From positions 448,001-512,000 of the forward strand of contig CAWJQU010000008.1 in assembly GCA_963845145.1 (NCBI GenBank): a DNA stretch of 64,000 bases, read 5' to 3'. The notes beneath the pieces are model-generated. The model saw only the letters and a program-made list of their open reading frames with translations. It was not told the origin of the DNA and searched no databases. The position numbers were made by a program, and so were the translations under genes. Position 1 is the stretch's first letter, and every line of letters begins with the position of its first letter. The stretch is from an uncultured delta proteobacterium (GTDB taxonomy: Bacteria > Desulfobacterota > Desulfobacteria > Desulfobacterales > QNYZ01). This document shows positions 10,942 to 22,996 of this stretch, piece after piece.

Positions 10942-12057
10942 GTTCACACCGCACTATTCTTGGGACCGAAATTTTCGCAAGCGCCTCGATGAGTCGCCTG
11001 TTTTCTTCCGGCAAGCCGACATTCACACGAATATAATGGGGGTAACCATAGGCGGCCATGGAACGGACGATCACGCCCTGTCGAAGCAAATGTTCGTAAA
11101 TATCGGCGGCGGACGTGTCCACATCAATTAGCAGAAAGTTGGCTTCGGTGGGAAAATAGCGAAACCCCAGATTCATCCAGGGCGCCGGCGAGATAGGCCA
11201 GGCCATCGTGGACCAGATGTCGGGTTTTTTCCCGAAAACCCGGTATCCTCCAAAGCGGCCATGGCCGCTGCCTGGGCAGGGATGTTCACATTAAACGGAA
11301 TCTCACCCGATGGAGGATGGCGGCGATGTCCGGTGCCATCAGGCCATAGCCAATCCTTAGTCCCGCCAGGCCATAAATCTTGGAAAACGTACGCAGGGTC
11401 ACGACGGCCCGATCATGGTCGAATATATTCGGTTCCACGAGGGACAATCATCTGCTCTTACGAATTCCCCGTAGGCTTCATCCACCACCACCACCAGATC
11501 CGGATGGAATACTTTCAAGAAAAGCGTCAAAGGCCTTGCGCTTAAATAACAGTTCCGGTGGGATTATTGGGGTTACATAAAAAAACCATGCGACAGTCTC
11601 GGTAACCTGGGCCGGCTAATGCCTCGAGATCAATGGTCAGACCATTTAAAGGAACAAACCGGCATTCTGCACCTGCCCACCGAACCACCAACTCATACAT
11701 CAAAAATGAGGGTTGCGGGATGAGCGCCGATATCACCGGGACTCAAAAATGCCCGCGCGAGCATGGTCAGCACCTCATCTGATCCGTTACCCAACACGAT
11801 GGTTTCCGGGGCCACAGACAATTGCGTCGCCAATCGATGAATCAATTCATGCCCCCCATCATCCGGATACCGATGCATGTTATCCAGAACCGACCGAATG
11901 GCATCCATGGCCATGGGAGACGGGCCCAAGCGGGTTTTCATTAGAGGCTAGTTTTATGGAGTCTCGGATACCATATTCCCGCTCAAGCTCTTCGATCGGT
12001 TTTCCCGGAAGGTATGGTTTAAGCGAGCAGGATATGTTCGGGAACGGTGAGTGACAT
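10916..12057 (-). CDS. hisC: Histidinol-phosphate aminotransferase (frameshifted)
   Basis: Fragments [55 protein letters not shown]. Confidence 0.9.
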
Positions 12058-12069
12058 GGGTTCTGGATT

Positions 12070-12621
12070 CACGATGGTTTCAATCCGCCTTGAGCCGCTT
12101 TTAACCCGCTTCGATCGCTTTCATGTTGATCGGAATCAGTTTTTCCTTATTTGGGCAAATTCCTCTTTGACACACTCGCGCAACTGGTCAAGGTCTACCA
12201 CCTGGAGCGTGCCACAAAGGACGCTAGGGCGACAATATTGGCGGCCCGGGCATTCCCGATTGATTTGGCAATATCGACCACTGGTACGGACTAGTTCATC
12301 CACATCATTCCGATCCGATTTAATATCGATCAGTGAACTGTTGATAAAAATGACACCCCCGGGTTTCACCATCGGTGCAAATTTCTCCAGGGACGGTCGG
12401 TTCATGGCTACCAGGTGCAAGGGATTACGAATAATGGGGGAGCCGATGGGCCGATCACTGATTACAACCGTGCAATAGGCGGTACCGCCGCGCATTTCCG
12501 GGCCGTAGGAAGGAATCCATGCCACTTCATGCCCTTCTTCCATGGCCGTATGGGCCAGAATTTTTCCGATCAGCAGGATTCCCTGACCGCCAAACCCGGC
12601 AAACATGACTTCACTTTGCAT
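12070..12621 (-). CDS. 2-oxoacid:ferredoxin oxidoreductase gamma subunit (frameshifted near C-terminus)
   Basis: FAGFGGQGIL, PSYGPEMRGGTAYCTV. Confidence 0.9.
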
Positions 12622-12656
12622 GGTAACCTCTTAATTAAAAGTCCGTGTGGGGATAT

Positions 12657-13414
12657 TTAAGCCGCCAGCCGTTCTTGATCCGGAGTTTTAAAGTCACCTA
12701 AAGGGTAGTAGGGTAACATGTGCTTTTCTGCCCAATCCAGAGATTCCGCCGGCGTCATCCCCCAGTTCGTGGGACAATTACTGATGACTTCAACAAAACT
12801 AAACAACGATTTTCCATTTGATAGATGAAGGCCTGCTTGATTGCTTTTTTAGCTTTGACGATATATTTGGGCCGGATCGCCGCCCGTCGAACAACATAGG
12901 CCGGCGTTTCCAAGGTAGCAATCAGTTCGGCCACCTTGATGGGCATACCAACTACTTCCGGTATCGCGCCCCATGGGAGATGTGGTTGTTCGCTGTCCGG
13001 GCATGGTGGTAGGAGCCATCTGGCCGCCAGTCATACCGTAAACAGCGTTATTGACGAAAATCGGTGGTAAACTTCTCGCCGCGGTTGGCGGCATGAATGA
13101 TCTCAGCCCATGCCGATACTGGCCAAATCCCCATCTCCCTGATAGGTAAATACCATCAAATCAGGACGAACCCGCTTGATCCCGGTGGCCATGGCCGGTG
13201 CACGGCCATGGGCGGCCTCCTGGAAATCAAAAGTAAAATAGTTATACGCCAGCACCGCGCATCCCACCGGCGCAATTCCGACGGTACGTCCCCGGATACC
13301 CAGTTCATCAATGACTTCAGCCACCAGCCGATGGATGACGCCATGCGTGCATCCAGGGCAATAATGAGTAACCGCGTCCGAAAGGGCTTCGGGTCGTTGA
13401 AATGTCTTTCCCAT
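12657..13414 (-). CDS. 2-oxoacid:ferredoxin oxidoreductase beta (TPP-binding) subunit (frameshifted)
   Basis: [47 protein letters not shown]. Confidence 0.9.
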
Positions 13415-13499
13415 GGATTAGTCTCCTCTTAAAAAATTGAAGCGTGGTTAAGGTCGATTGATAATGACCGCTCTTAACCTTGGGTTCCTACCAATCGTC

Positions 13500-14591
13500 A
13501 ATCTTCAATCATAAATCGCCAATCACACCTTCACCGCCCCCATCACATCTTCCGGGGTCGGTACATCGCCACCGCATTTACCGTACCACTTAACCGGTCG
13601 TTTCGCCCTCACCGCCAGACGCACATCTTCGACCATCTGCCCCATATTCATTTCAATGCTATAAACACCCGTTGACAGCTTGCCTTGACGGCAGCGCTCT
13701 GCACGGCCTTTTCAGGAAACGGAAACAAGCGTCTGGGGCCGAATGAACCCACATCTCGATACCTTCTTTTTTCAGGTTATCAATAGCCGTTCGGCAAACA
13801 CGACTCATGGTGCCATAACTAACAATAAGAGCATTCATAATCCGAATCGGTATTGTACGAATCATAGCGGATCTCTTCCGGCGCCATCCGCTCGTATTTG
13901 GCCTTAAGCATAAGGTTATGCGCATTTAATTCATCGGGATCCAGGTAAAGCGATTTAACCAGGTTACGCGTTGTCGCGTCCCGGTGCATCCATACCGCTG
14001 GTGGCCCAGTCATCTTTGTTGCTCGAATCGGATTATAATTATCAGGGAAAGGCTACCGGCTCCATCATCTGGCCGATAAGGCCGTCACCTAAAATCATCA
14101 CCGGATTGCGGTATTTTTCGGCCAGCGGGAAATGCTTGCATCACCATTTCCACAGCCTCCTGAACACTGGCCGGCGCCATGACCAGCATTTTATAATCGC
14201 CATGGCCGCCTCCTTTGATGGATTGAAAATAATCTGCCTGGGAAGGCAGAATGCCGCCTAGACCGGGGCCTCCCCGCATAATGTTAACAAAAACCGCCGG
14301 ACATTGCGCACCGGCGATATAACTGATCCCTTCGGACATCAAACTGATACCGGGACTGGACGAAGTCGTGAAAACCCGCTCACCACAAGCGGCTGCACCG
14401 AAAATCATATATGATACGGCCACTTCACTTTCTCCTTGTAAAAATACGCCCCCCACTTCCGGCATACGCCGTGACAAATATTCGGCCACTTCCGATTGGG
14501 GCGTAATCGGATAGGCAAAATAGTTTAAACACCCGGCCCGAATGGCGGCTTCGCCGATGGCTTCATTGCCTTTCATTAAGACTTTACCCAT
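13500..14591 (-). CDS. 2-oxoacid:ferredoxin oxidoreductase alpha subunit, VorB-like (frameshifted)
   Basis: [46 protein letters not shown]. Confidence 0.9.
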
Positions 14592-14606
14592 TGTCTCCTC
14601 CCTTAC

Positions 14607-14839
14607 TTACGACGACGGCTTGTCTTCAACTGTTTCAGTGATGGTGATGGCCACGTCCGGGCAGATACGACAACAGGTGGCACAAAAAACACAATCATCG
14701 GGACGTGCCTGGTAGGCCGGAAAATAACCTTTTGGGCTCACGCTGGTTGACAATTTCCAATACATTTTTCGGGACATACGGTGACGCACAAGCCGCAACC
14801 TTTGCAGTATTCAATATCAATAGAATATTTATATGTCAT
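14607..14839 (-). CDS. 2x[4Fe-4S] ferredoxin (delta subunit), one apparent indel
   Basis: CKGCGLCVTVCP near the start and CVFCATCCRICPD near the end; GAGGAG RBS. Confidence 0.88.
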
Positions 14840-14949
14840 TTCGTCAACTCCTCTTTCATCATTTCCAAGGGCCGCATTGAACCAAATCCTGCCCCGGTCC
14901 CTTGATTACCATGGAGCTTCCCATCAGCCTGGCCCCAATTTTTCGACCC

Positions 14950-15671
14950 GGGCCTTGACTCCTGAAAGCCGGCCGGTGAACGCCAGGGAGGAACGAGCTG
15001 GCGATGAATAGGCAGCACCGGGCAGGAAAACCGATCTGGATCGACCCCATCCAGAACTCTTTTCTCAGCAGTGATAAACAATCAGCGGAAGTTCACTTTC
15101 GATCGGATAGCTTACGCAAACGAATGTATAGCCAATTAATAATATCATCAAGGGTTGTTTCGTCAATCAAATTGGCGTTTCCCACCAGATCCGGTAACCG
15201 TCATCCGGGCAGCGTATCTCAATCTTTTCCTTATTTTCAAACAACCTTCAAGCGTATCGGTATACGGCCTATAGGGATTAATCACCTGAAGCATCTGCAC
15301 CGATTGATCTTGTAGCACATCGAATAGAGACGATAATACCGTTGCCCCGACATTCATCACCACCGACATCCAGAAGGGTTAACTGACTCGGCTGACGGAT
15401 CATACCCGGCCACTTTGGGGCTCAAGATGGGAAGGTCGGCATGAACGTAACGTTCCGGTGGTATTACCACTTCGATTCCCATTTGGCCGAGCGTACCACG
15501 CACCTCACGGCTTCGAAAATAGGGATTGACCAGATCGAGATCGGCAATCCGCACATCAATACCCGCCTGCAAGCCGATGAACCGCCAAATTGATGGTAAC
15601 TTCCGATTTGCCGCTGCCGTAGTTCCCCACGACAACCACAATGCCTTCAAGATTGATATCCCCGTCGCCAA
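14950..15671 (-). CDS. P-loop NTPase heading the oxidoreductase operon (frameshifted)
   Basis: VVVGNYGSGKSE Walker A, ADLDLVNPYFRSRE, ADLP, VINPYRPYT. Confidence 0.75.
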
Positions 15672-15901
15672 TCTTACACCTTATTTTTTTACAGCCCAAT
15701 TAATGCCGAAGCCCGTTTGTATTTTCAACGTCCTCTTTTGTCAAGCCGTGCCGAAGACGATTCATAGCGAACTAGACCAACTTTTTGCAGCGCCACTTTC
15801 GTCAAATTCAGCCCGTATGCTATACTCCTTCCAGAGAATAAGCACCCGGCCAACTTATCGACGCCCTGCATCATGTTATCATCCCGTATGGGATAATGTC
15901 A

Positions 15902-17095
15902 ATGAAATCGGTTCAAACCGGCCTTGAAAATATGATGCAGTCCCCGCCTGAATATTTATCCGGGACGACGATCTGGGGCTGTTGTGCAATCCGGCATCAG
16001 TGGACGGTCAGTTGCGCCATGCCCGTGAACTGATCAATGACGCGTTTTCCCGGCCAACTGACCGCCCTGTTTTTCTCCTCAACACGGTTTTTTTTCCGAA
16101 AAACAGGACAACATGGTGGAATCAACCCACATGCGGGACCCGAAATTGGATATCCCGATGTTCAGTCTTTATGGCGAAAACCCGGATCCCTACCAGGCTG
16201 ATATGCTGAGCCACCTGGATGTCTTGATAATCGATCTTCAGGATGTGGGTACGCGAGTATATACCTTTATCTATACTGTTTCTTACTGCCTTGAAGCCGC
16301 CAGACAACATGGTAAAAAAGTGTTGGTTCTCGACCGGCCCAATCCGGTAAACGGATTGTCAGTGGAAGGAAACATGTTGAAACCGGAATGGGCCTCTTTT
16401 GTGGGGCGCTATGAAATCCCCATGCGCCATGGATTGACCATGGCGGAGCTTGCGCCTGTTGATCAATGACCATTTAAAATCGGATGCGATTTATCGATTA
16501 TCCCCATGACCGGTTGGCACCGCAATATGTTTTTCAGTGATACCGGTTTATTCTGGGTACCACCGTCGCCCAATCTCCCGACGCCGACTTCTGCCTGGTT
16601 TACCCGGGCCAGGTGCTTGTGGGAGGGAACCAACGTTTCCGAAGGCAGGGGAACCGTGTTGCCCTTTGAGCTTTTTGGTGCGCCTTACACGGACCCTGAA
16701 AAAATCATGGCCTTCATTGGCGGCCGGCAACAATGGGAGCGGTTTTACGGCCGGCGGCTTTTGAACCTGTTGCCAACAAATGGAAAGGCACGACTGTGCC
16801 ATGGGTTTCAGATTCATATAACCGATCCGTCATTCCTTTAGCCCATATCATTTAACATTGAACCTGATGCAGGCGATCATGGAACCCATCCCGATGACTT
16901 TCGAATATACAAACACCGCCTTACGAATACGAATATGAGCGCCTTCCCATGGACTTGATCATCGGGGACCAGGATCTCCGCCGTCGAATCGAAAATCTGG
17001 AACCCATGGACACCATTGAAAATCATGGCGACCGGCATTGGCAGATGTTCATCGAACCGAAAGCCGCCCCTACCTCTTATATGACAAGGGTTGTG
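15902..17095 (+). CDS. namZ: DUF1343 family exo-beta-N-acetylmuramidase NamZ (frameshifted)
   Basis: [77 protein letters not shown]. Confidence 0.88.
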
Positions 17096-17108
17096 AGCGG
17101 GAAATCAG

Positions 17109-17786
17109 ATGAGCAGAGTTGAAGTTCTTTGGCAGCGTAAACAGTTTAAAGGAAATAAGGTATGGATGATGGTCGACAGGAAGGAGAGCCCCATCGTCAG
17201 AGATGAAAAGGTATTGATCAAATATAACCTTAAAGCAGGATTATGAATACTGGGTGCAGCAAAAGAGCGTCACGGCAATAGACTCCAAACAATTGAAGAC
17301 AAAACATACCGGCAAAAAAAGATCCCGTCATGAAGTAAAAATCCCAACGAAGAAGGGCCGCAATCTATGAAACGGACCAGGAACCAAATGCCGTCATTAT
17401 TTTCACGGATGGTGCTTCATCAGGCAATCCGGGACCAGCCGGTATCGGCGTCCTTTTGCGCTATGGGGCGAAAGAAAAAGAGATTTCTAAACCAATCGGT
17501 CGGGCCACCAATAATGTGGCCGAGCTGGAGGCGATCCGGGCTGGGTTGGCCGCGTTAAAAAAGACCCATCATCCCGTGCGCGTGTATACGGACAGTGCTT
17601 ATGCCCTGGGGGTTTGACCCTCGGATGGGAGGCCAAAAAAAACACCGGGCTTATCGACTCAGTCAAACAACTAATGGATCGCAATTTGAAGATATCAAAT
17701 TAATAAAGGTTCCCGGGCATTCAGGCATAGCGGAAAATGAGCGCGCGGATGCGCTTGCCGTGGCTGGAATAACGGCCGCTCATTGA
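17109..17786 (+). CDS. rnhA: Ribonuclease HI with N-terminal extra domain (frameshifted)
   Basis: [52 protein letters not shown]; about 90 additional N-terminal codons. Confidence 0.88.
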
Positions 17787-17860
17787 AATCAAAGCTGAAT
17801 AAACCGACCAGCCTCGGAGAAATCGGGGGTTGTACCGGTGCTGTTCGTTATAAAAAAGAT

Positions 17861-17896
17861 AAAAAAACCCTGCCGCCGAAAGGCATGCAGGGTTTT
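17861..17896. terminator. Probable bidirectional intrinsic terminator between convergent genes
   Basis: AAAAAAACCCTGC-cgccgaaaggcat-GCAGGGTTTT hairpin with A/T tracts on both sides. Confidence 0.75.
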
Positions 17897-17927
17897 GGTG
17901 TCTTATTTTTAACGAATGAACTGGGAA

Positions 17928-18209
17928 CTACGCTTTGTCCGTTTTCAGGGTATCGATCTCTTTTTTCAGATCATCAATCTCTTGCTTATACTTTTCACTG
18001 TCATCACTAGCGGTCATATCAATGGGATTGCTGTCTTTCTTCCAGGTATCTTTTAACTCATCAAATCCCAGATAAAGGGCCAACCCACCGCCTAAGAGCA
18101 ACATAATCGGTAACACACCGGCAATAACCTGAAGGAATTCACCGAACCAGACGGAAATTCCGATTAACCCAAGAACTGCTGCAACCGCGCCACCAATTAA
18201 CGTTTTCAT
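17928..18209 (-). CDS. Small two-TM membrane protein with charged/coiled-coil tail, MamI-like
   Basis: Intact 93 aa ORF, AAGGAGG RBS, own terminator; two hydrophobic helices with G..A...GL.G...W.........G..P..L...G..AL..G pattern. Confidence 0.8.
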   Translation of the reverse strand: MKTLIGGAVAAVLGLIGISVWFGEFLQVIAGVLPIMLLLGGGLALYLGFDELKDTWKKDSNPIDMTASDDSEKYKQEIDDLKKEIDTLKTDKA

Positions 18210-18584
18210 TGAAATACACCCTCCTTATTGTTGTTCTGCATATAATTTTTTTCACATTGGCCATTTGTCGGCCATTTGGTTTCAGTTGCCAAATTGACCC
18301 AACACACCCAAATAGCCATGCCATCAATTCCCAAAATATTCAAAAATCCTACCACACGAAAAAAAAGAACGCAAGCGTAAAAATAATGTATGGTTGCAAA
18401 GCCAAATGGCATTTGGTACCGTTCAAGACCGCTTAAAGAGCGTCGCATCGGGTAGGCCCCAATCCGCATCTGAAGACGAATAAAATGCCGGCCGGGTTGG
18501 GTTTCATTAACAGGCGCCGAATCCTGATCGATAAAATTAACCCATAACATTAAGCCACGACTACCGTGGCATAATTGATGAACC

Positions 18585-21221
18585 ATGATAAAAAAACTAC
18601 GACAATCCGGGCTGGGGGAAAGGGTCAAAACGATATTCAACCGCTTGATTCGGGGCAGTCGGGATCATTACCTATGTCATTTACCCTATCCCACAGGACA
18701 AATATCGAGATGGTTTTTAAAACATTTTTACTCAGGCATTCGCATTGATCCGGACCAGATTACCTGGTTCGCCAGTCCCCTGAGGGTGCCATCGTTATTT
18801 ATGTAAATAAATTTCGAAGCAATTTTGAATACTTATTTTACCACACCCGTTATGGCTTGCTTAATTTACCCGTGCCTGAAATCTGGTTAGACCACAATGT
18901 GGTAATCTGGCAACGATTGTCCCGACTCTTTCGGATTTTTTTAACCCATACCCACCACGCCATTTTCAAGCGCCATATCCTCACGCCTTATAAAAGTGGC
19001 TATATTGAACGATCACTTACGGGAAATAAGGCCGGCATTGTCTCTTTGGTGGGAAAAAGAGGTTTTGACCGCTGGTTTGTCAATACCAAGACCGACCCGT
19101 TTAAATATTTTAATAACCCTTCAACGGAAAACGAAACGGCCCATAATTCTGATTCCCCAACTCCAATTTTATGATCGAAAGCCAATCAGCCGAAAAATGA
19201 CGTTTATTGATATAATTTTTGGCAGTCGGCATAAACCCGGCAAACTCCGCCGGGTGGTCACCATGATCAGAAAACCCGGAAAGGTATTCGTTGAGATCGC
19301 CGGCCCCTTAAATCTAATGATTTCCTAGCGGTCCCGGAGCATTGGCGCCATCAAGATGATCACTTGGCCTTGTTGCTTCGCCGCAAACTGCTTAAAAAAA
19401 TCAATCTTCACCGGCAAAGTATCACGGGCCCGATTATCAAATTCCATGAGGAATCGGGAAGAGATTCTCACCAGTGGGCGCTTGCGAGAATATATGCGTT
19501 CATCACGCTGAAACAAAAGAGATTCCGATTCACAAGGTTCGCAAACAAGCCGCCGGATATGTCGATGAAATTGCCGCCCGCTACTCACCTACATTTGTCA
19601 AGGCCGTCGCTCCCATCGTCGGATGGCTAATCAATTCCATGTTCGACGAACGTGGCCGTTAACAAAGAGATTTTTCTTCATCTTAAGGCAGCGCCCGAAA
19701 AGGTCCGTTGATATTTGTCCCCTGCCACAAGAGCCATATGGATTATCTTATTCTGCCATACATTCTGTATATGAATAATTTGCCCGCGCCGCATATCGTT
19801 GCCGGAAAGAACATGTTCTTCCCACCTTTTGGTACCATTCGCCCGGGCCAGGCGGCGGATTCTCCATACGACGCACCTTTCGAGGGGCTGCTTTCTACTC
19901 CAAAGTGTTCTCGGAATACATTCATAAGCTTCTCCAGGAAGGGTTTAATATAAAAATCTATGTGGAAGGAACCCGAAGTCGTTCAGGGAAACTGCTCACC
20001 CCCAAACTGGGATTCCTTTCCATATTGCTGAATGCCTATAAAAACAAAGCCTGCAAGGAAATGTCCTTCGTCCCCATTTTTATTGGCTATGATCGGGTTC
20101 TGGAGGAAAAGTCGTACCTGCACGAACAAGAAGGCGGCGAGAAAAAACCTGAAAGTATTTGGCAGGTGCATCCGGGCCAGGAAATTTTTAAAAAAGAGGT
20201 GGGGCCGGGTTCAACGTCGGTTTCATAAACCCATATCGCTATCCTTGCTGGAGGCCAATCAGGCCAACCCTGTCGCTAAAATGACGTCCAAGGAGCTAAA
20301 TACTTTTTGCCGTGAATTGGGGTTTCGGGTTATTAATGCCATCGACCGATCATCCAATGTCACGCCTTATGGGTTGGTGGCGGCCGCTTTGTTAAATAGT
20401 GACCAGGAACGCATATACTTATGATCACTTCATGGCTTATATCAATACCTATTTAAATTATTTAATCAGCCGCGAGGCCGAGCTGTCGGACGCTCATTTT
20501 GCTGGATCCTGCTTATTCCGTTTCGCAGGTGCTAACCGATTATTCCAACGCGGTTATATCGAGCGGATGCGTGGAAACCAAACACACGCCTGGTGACCGA
20601 TGAGATATTTAAAATTGTTACAACAAACGACCTAATCTCGATTTTTATAAAAACAATTGCATCAGTATTTTTCGTGCCGGCCGCGATCACAGCTCTAACC
20701 ATCCTCCACAACGACGCGTTTCAATTTTCCTCGGCGGACTTGCATACCCACTATGCCGAGCTTCAAAGCTCTGTTTAGAAACGAGTTTGCTTACGATATC
20801 GACCTAACATCGGATTTTTATGTCCGCAAATGTCATCAAGGCATTTATCAATGAAGCCATCTTAATCCCCCATCCCACGATGCCGGACACCTATAATCTG
20901 ACATCGGCCGGCTTTCGAAAATTAAGAAATTTTTCCGGATTTCTAAAACCCTATCTCGAATCCTATTTGATCGTACTTAAATGTGCTTTCGGAAGGATCA
21001 AAAAACAACATCAACCCGAAACGCCAATTAAAAGGATCATTTCCCGGGGAAATCACATGTATCGGCAAAAAGAAGTGAGCCGCAAGGAAGCGTTAAGTCA
21101 AATCAATTACACAAATGCTGTAGCCTATTTTAAAACCAAGGGCATCCGGGGGGAAAAGGGAGCCGATCAGATCGACCATTACGAAGAATGATCGAATCAC
21201 TACCTGGAACGGCTGTCCTGA
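18585..21221 (+). CDS. plsB: Glycerol-3-phosphate 1-O-acyltransferase PlsB/GPAT family (heavily frameshifted)
   Basis: FVPCHKSHMDY (HX4D), PHIVAGKN, YVEGTRSRSGKLL.PKLG, VPIFIGYDRVLEE.SY. Confidence 0.85.
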
Positions 21222-22953
21222 TGGCAGAGATCTGAGCCCCATGAATCGTCGGCGCCACCCATGGAAGGCCATGATCCTGGCGGCGGGTTCGGCTCCCGTC
21301 TTTTACCCTACACGGAACATACCCCCAAAGCGATGTTTCCCATCGGTGGCCGGCCACTTATCGACCGGACGATCCGATACCTTATCGAGGCCGGATGTGC
21401 GGACATCCTCATCAATACCCATCATCTTCATGATCAACTCGAGGCATATGTGGCCGCCGAAAAATTACGATTCCCGGTCCACACCCGCTATGAATCGCAG
21501 ATTCTGGGCACCGGGCGGAGCGAATGAAAAACGTCGCCGGTTTTTTTGATGACCACCCATTTGTGGTCATTAACAGTGACATCATCACCGACATCCCCCT
21601 GGATCAGGTCTACGCCTGCCATTTGCACCACACGGCACCCGTAACCATGGTGCTGGTGGATGACGCTCGATTTAATTCGGTTTGCGTGGATGACAAGGAC
21701 GGGTCCTCGGATTCGACGGGCAACCCGGACCGACCCCCTAAAAACATCGTCACCTGACGTTTACTGGAATCCAGGTGTAAACCCCGAAGTACTGGATCTG
21801 ATCCCAAAGGGTGTCTTTTCAAGCAGCATCGATACCTACCGACAATTGATATCCGAGGGTAAACCCATTCGGGCCTATGTGGTTGATAATAACCGTTGGC
21901 GGGATATCGGCACGCCGGAAGCTTATCGCGCCGAGGCTTTTCAGCATTTGGCCAAAAAAGCATTTTCCCGTGCATTCGGGAGCCGGTTCGAAAAAAAAAT
22001 TCAATCAACCCGCCTGGCCGGGGACGGATCTGATCGGGGCTGGTATCGGTTAACGGCCGGCGGCCGGACAATGATCATGGCCGACCATGGCATTCGTAGT
22101 GACGGCAAAACATTGGAGGTGGATGCATTCATCGATATCGGTCGGCATCTTAAAAATCAGCACATTTCCGTTCCGGAACTGGCCGTATGGGATCGCTTCT
22201 CAGGATTGGCCATCATGGAAGATCTGGGCGATATCAACCTTCAAAAAATGGTTCAAAACGCCCCTGATTCGAACCATATCGCCGCGTATTATGAAATCGT
22301 GATCGACAATTGGGTGAAACTATCCACTCGGGGATATGAAGGATTTAATTCCGGCTGGACCTGGCAGACAGCCGCTTATGATCGTGAGCTGATTCTGGCC
22401 AAAGAGTGCCGGTATTTCGTGGAAGCCTTTTTCAATGGGTATCTTAAATATGGGCGTTAATTATTCGGCATATAGTCCGAATTCGAGCATCTTGCCGGAG
22501 GGTATTATGGCCAACGCCATCAACGGCTTGATTCATCGAGACTGTCAGGCCCGAAATATTATGGTAAAAGACGGTCGGCCACTATTTTATCGATTTTCAG
22601 GGTGCCCGGCCCGGCCCGGTTCAATACGACCTGGCTTCACTTTTGATTGATCCATACGTGGCCCTATCCATCGGAATTACAATCGAGATTTTGCACTACG
22701 GTCTAGAACGGTTTTCCAAGGTCAAACCCGTCGACCGGCGACGTTTTCTTTCGGGCTATCGATATTGTGCCCTGTCACGATGCCTGCAAATCCTCGGGGC
22801 TTTCGGGTTTCTGACGAAAGTGAAAAAGAAACCCTATTTTGAGCAATACATTCCGACAGCGGTAAAATCGTTGACGCACGCCCTCGATGCCTTTGGCCGG
22901 GAAGCGTTTCCAACCTTGAAGGCATTAGCCGATTGTATTAAAACCGGATGTAA
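21221..22953 (+). CDS. Fused sugar-1-phosphate nucleotidyltransferase (MurU-like) and APH-family kinase (AmgK-like); frameshifted
   Basis: KAMILAAG/GFGSRLLPYT..TPK, INTHHL, INSDI, WRDIGTPEAY in frame with LAGDGSDRGWYR, EDLGD; then IHRDCQARNIM, DFQG, YDLASLLIDPY. Confidence 0.8.
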
Positions 22954-22996
22954 TAAAAAAATGCGCAAAACGACACATATGACAAGGAGCGATCCC

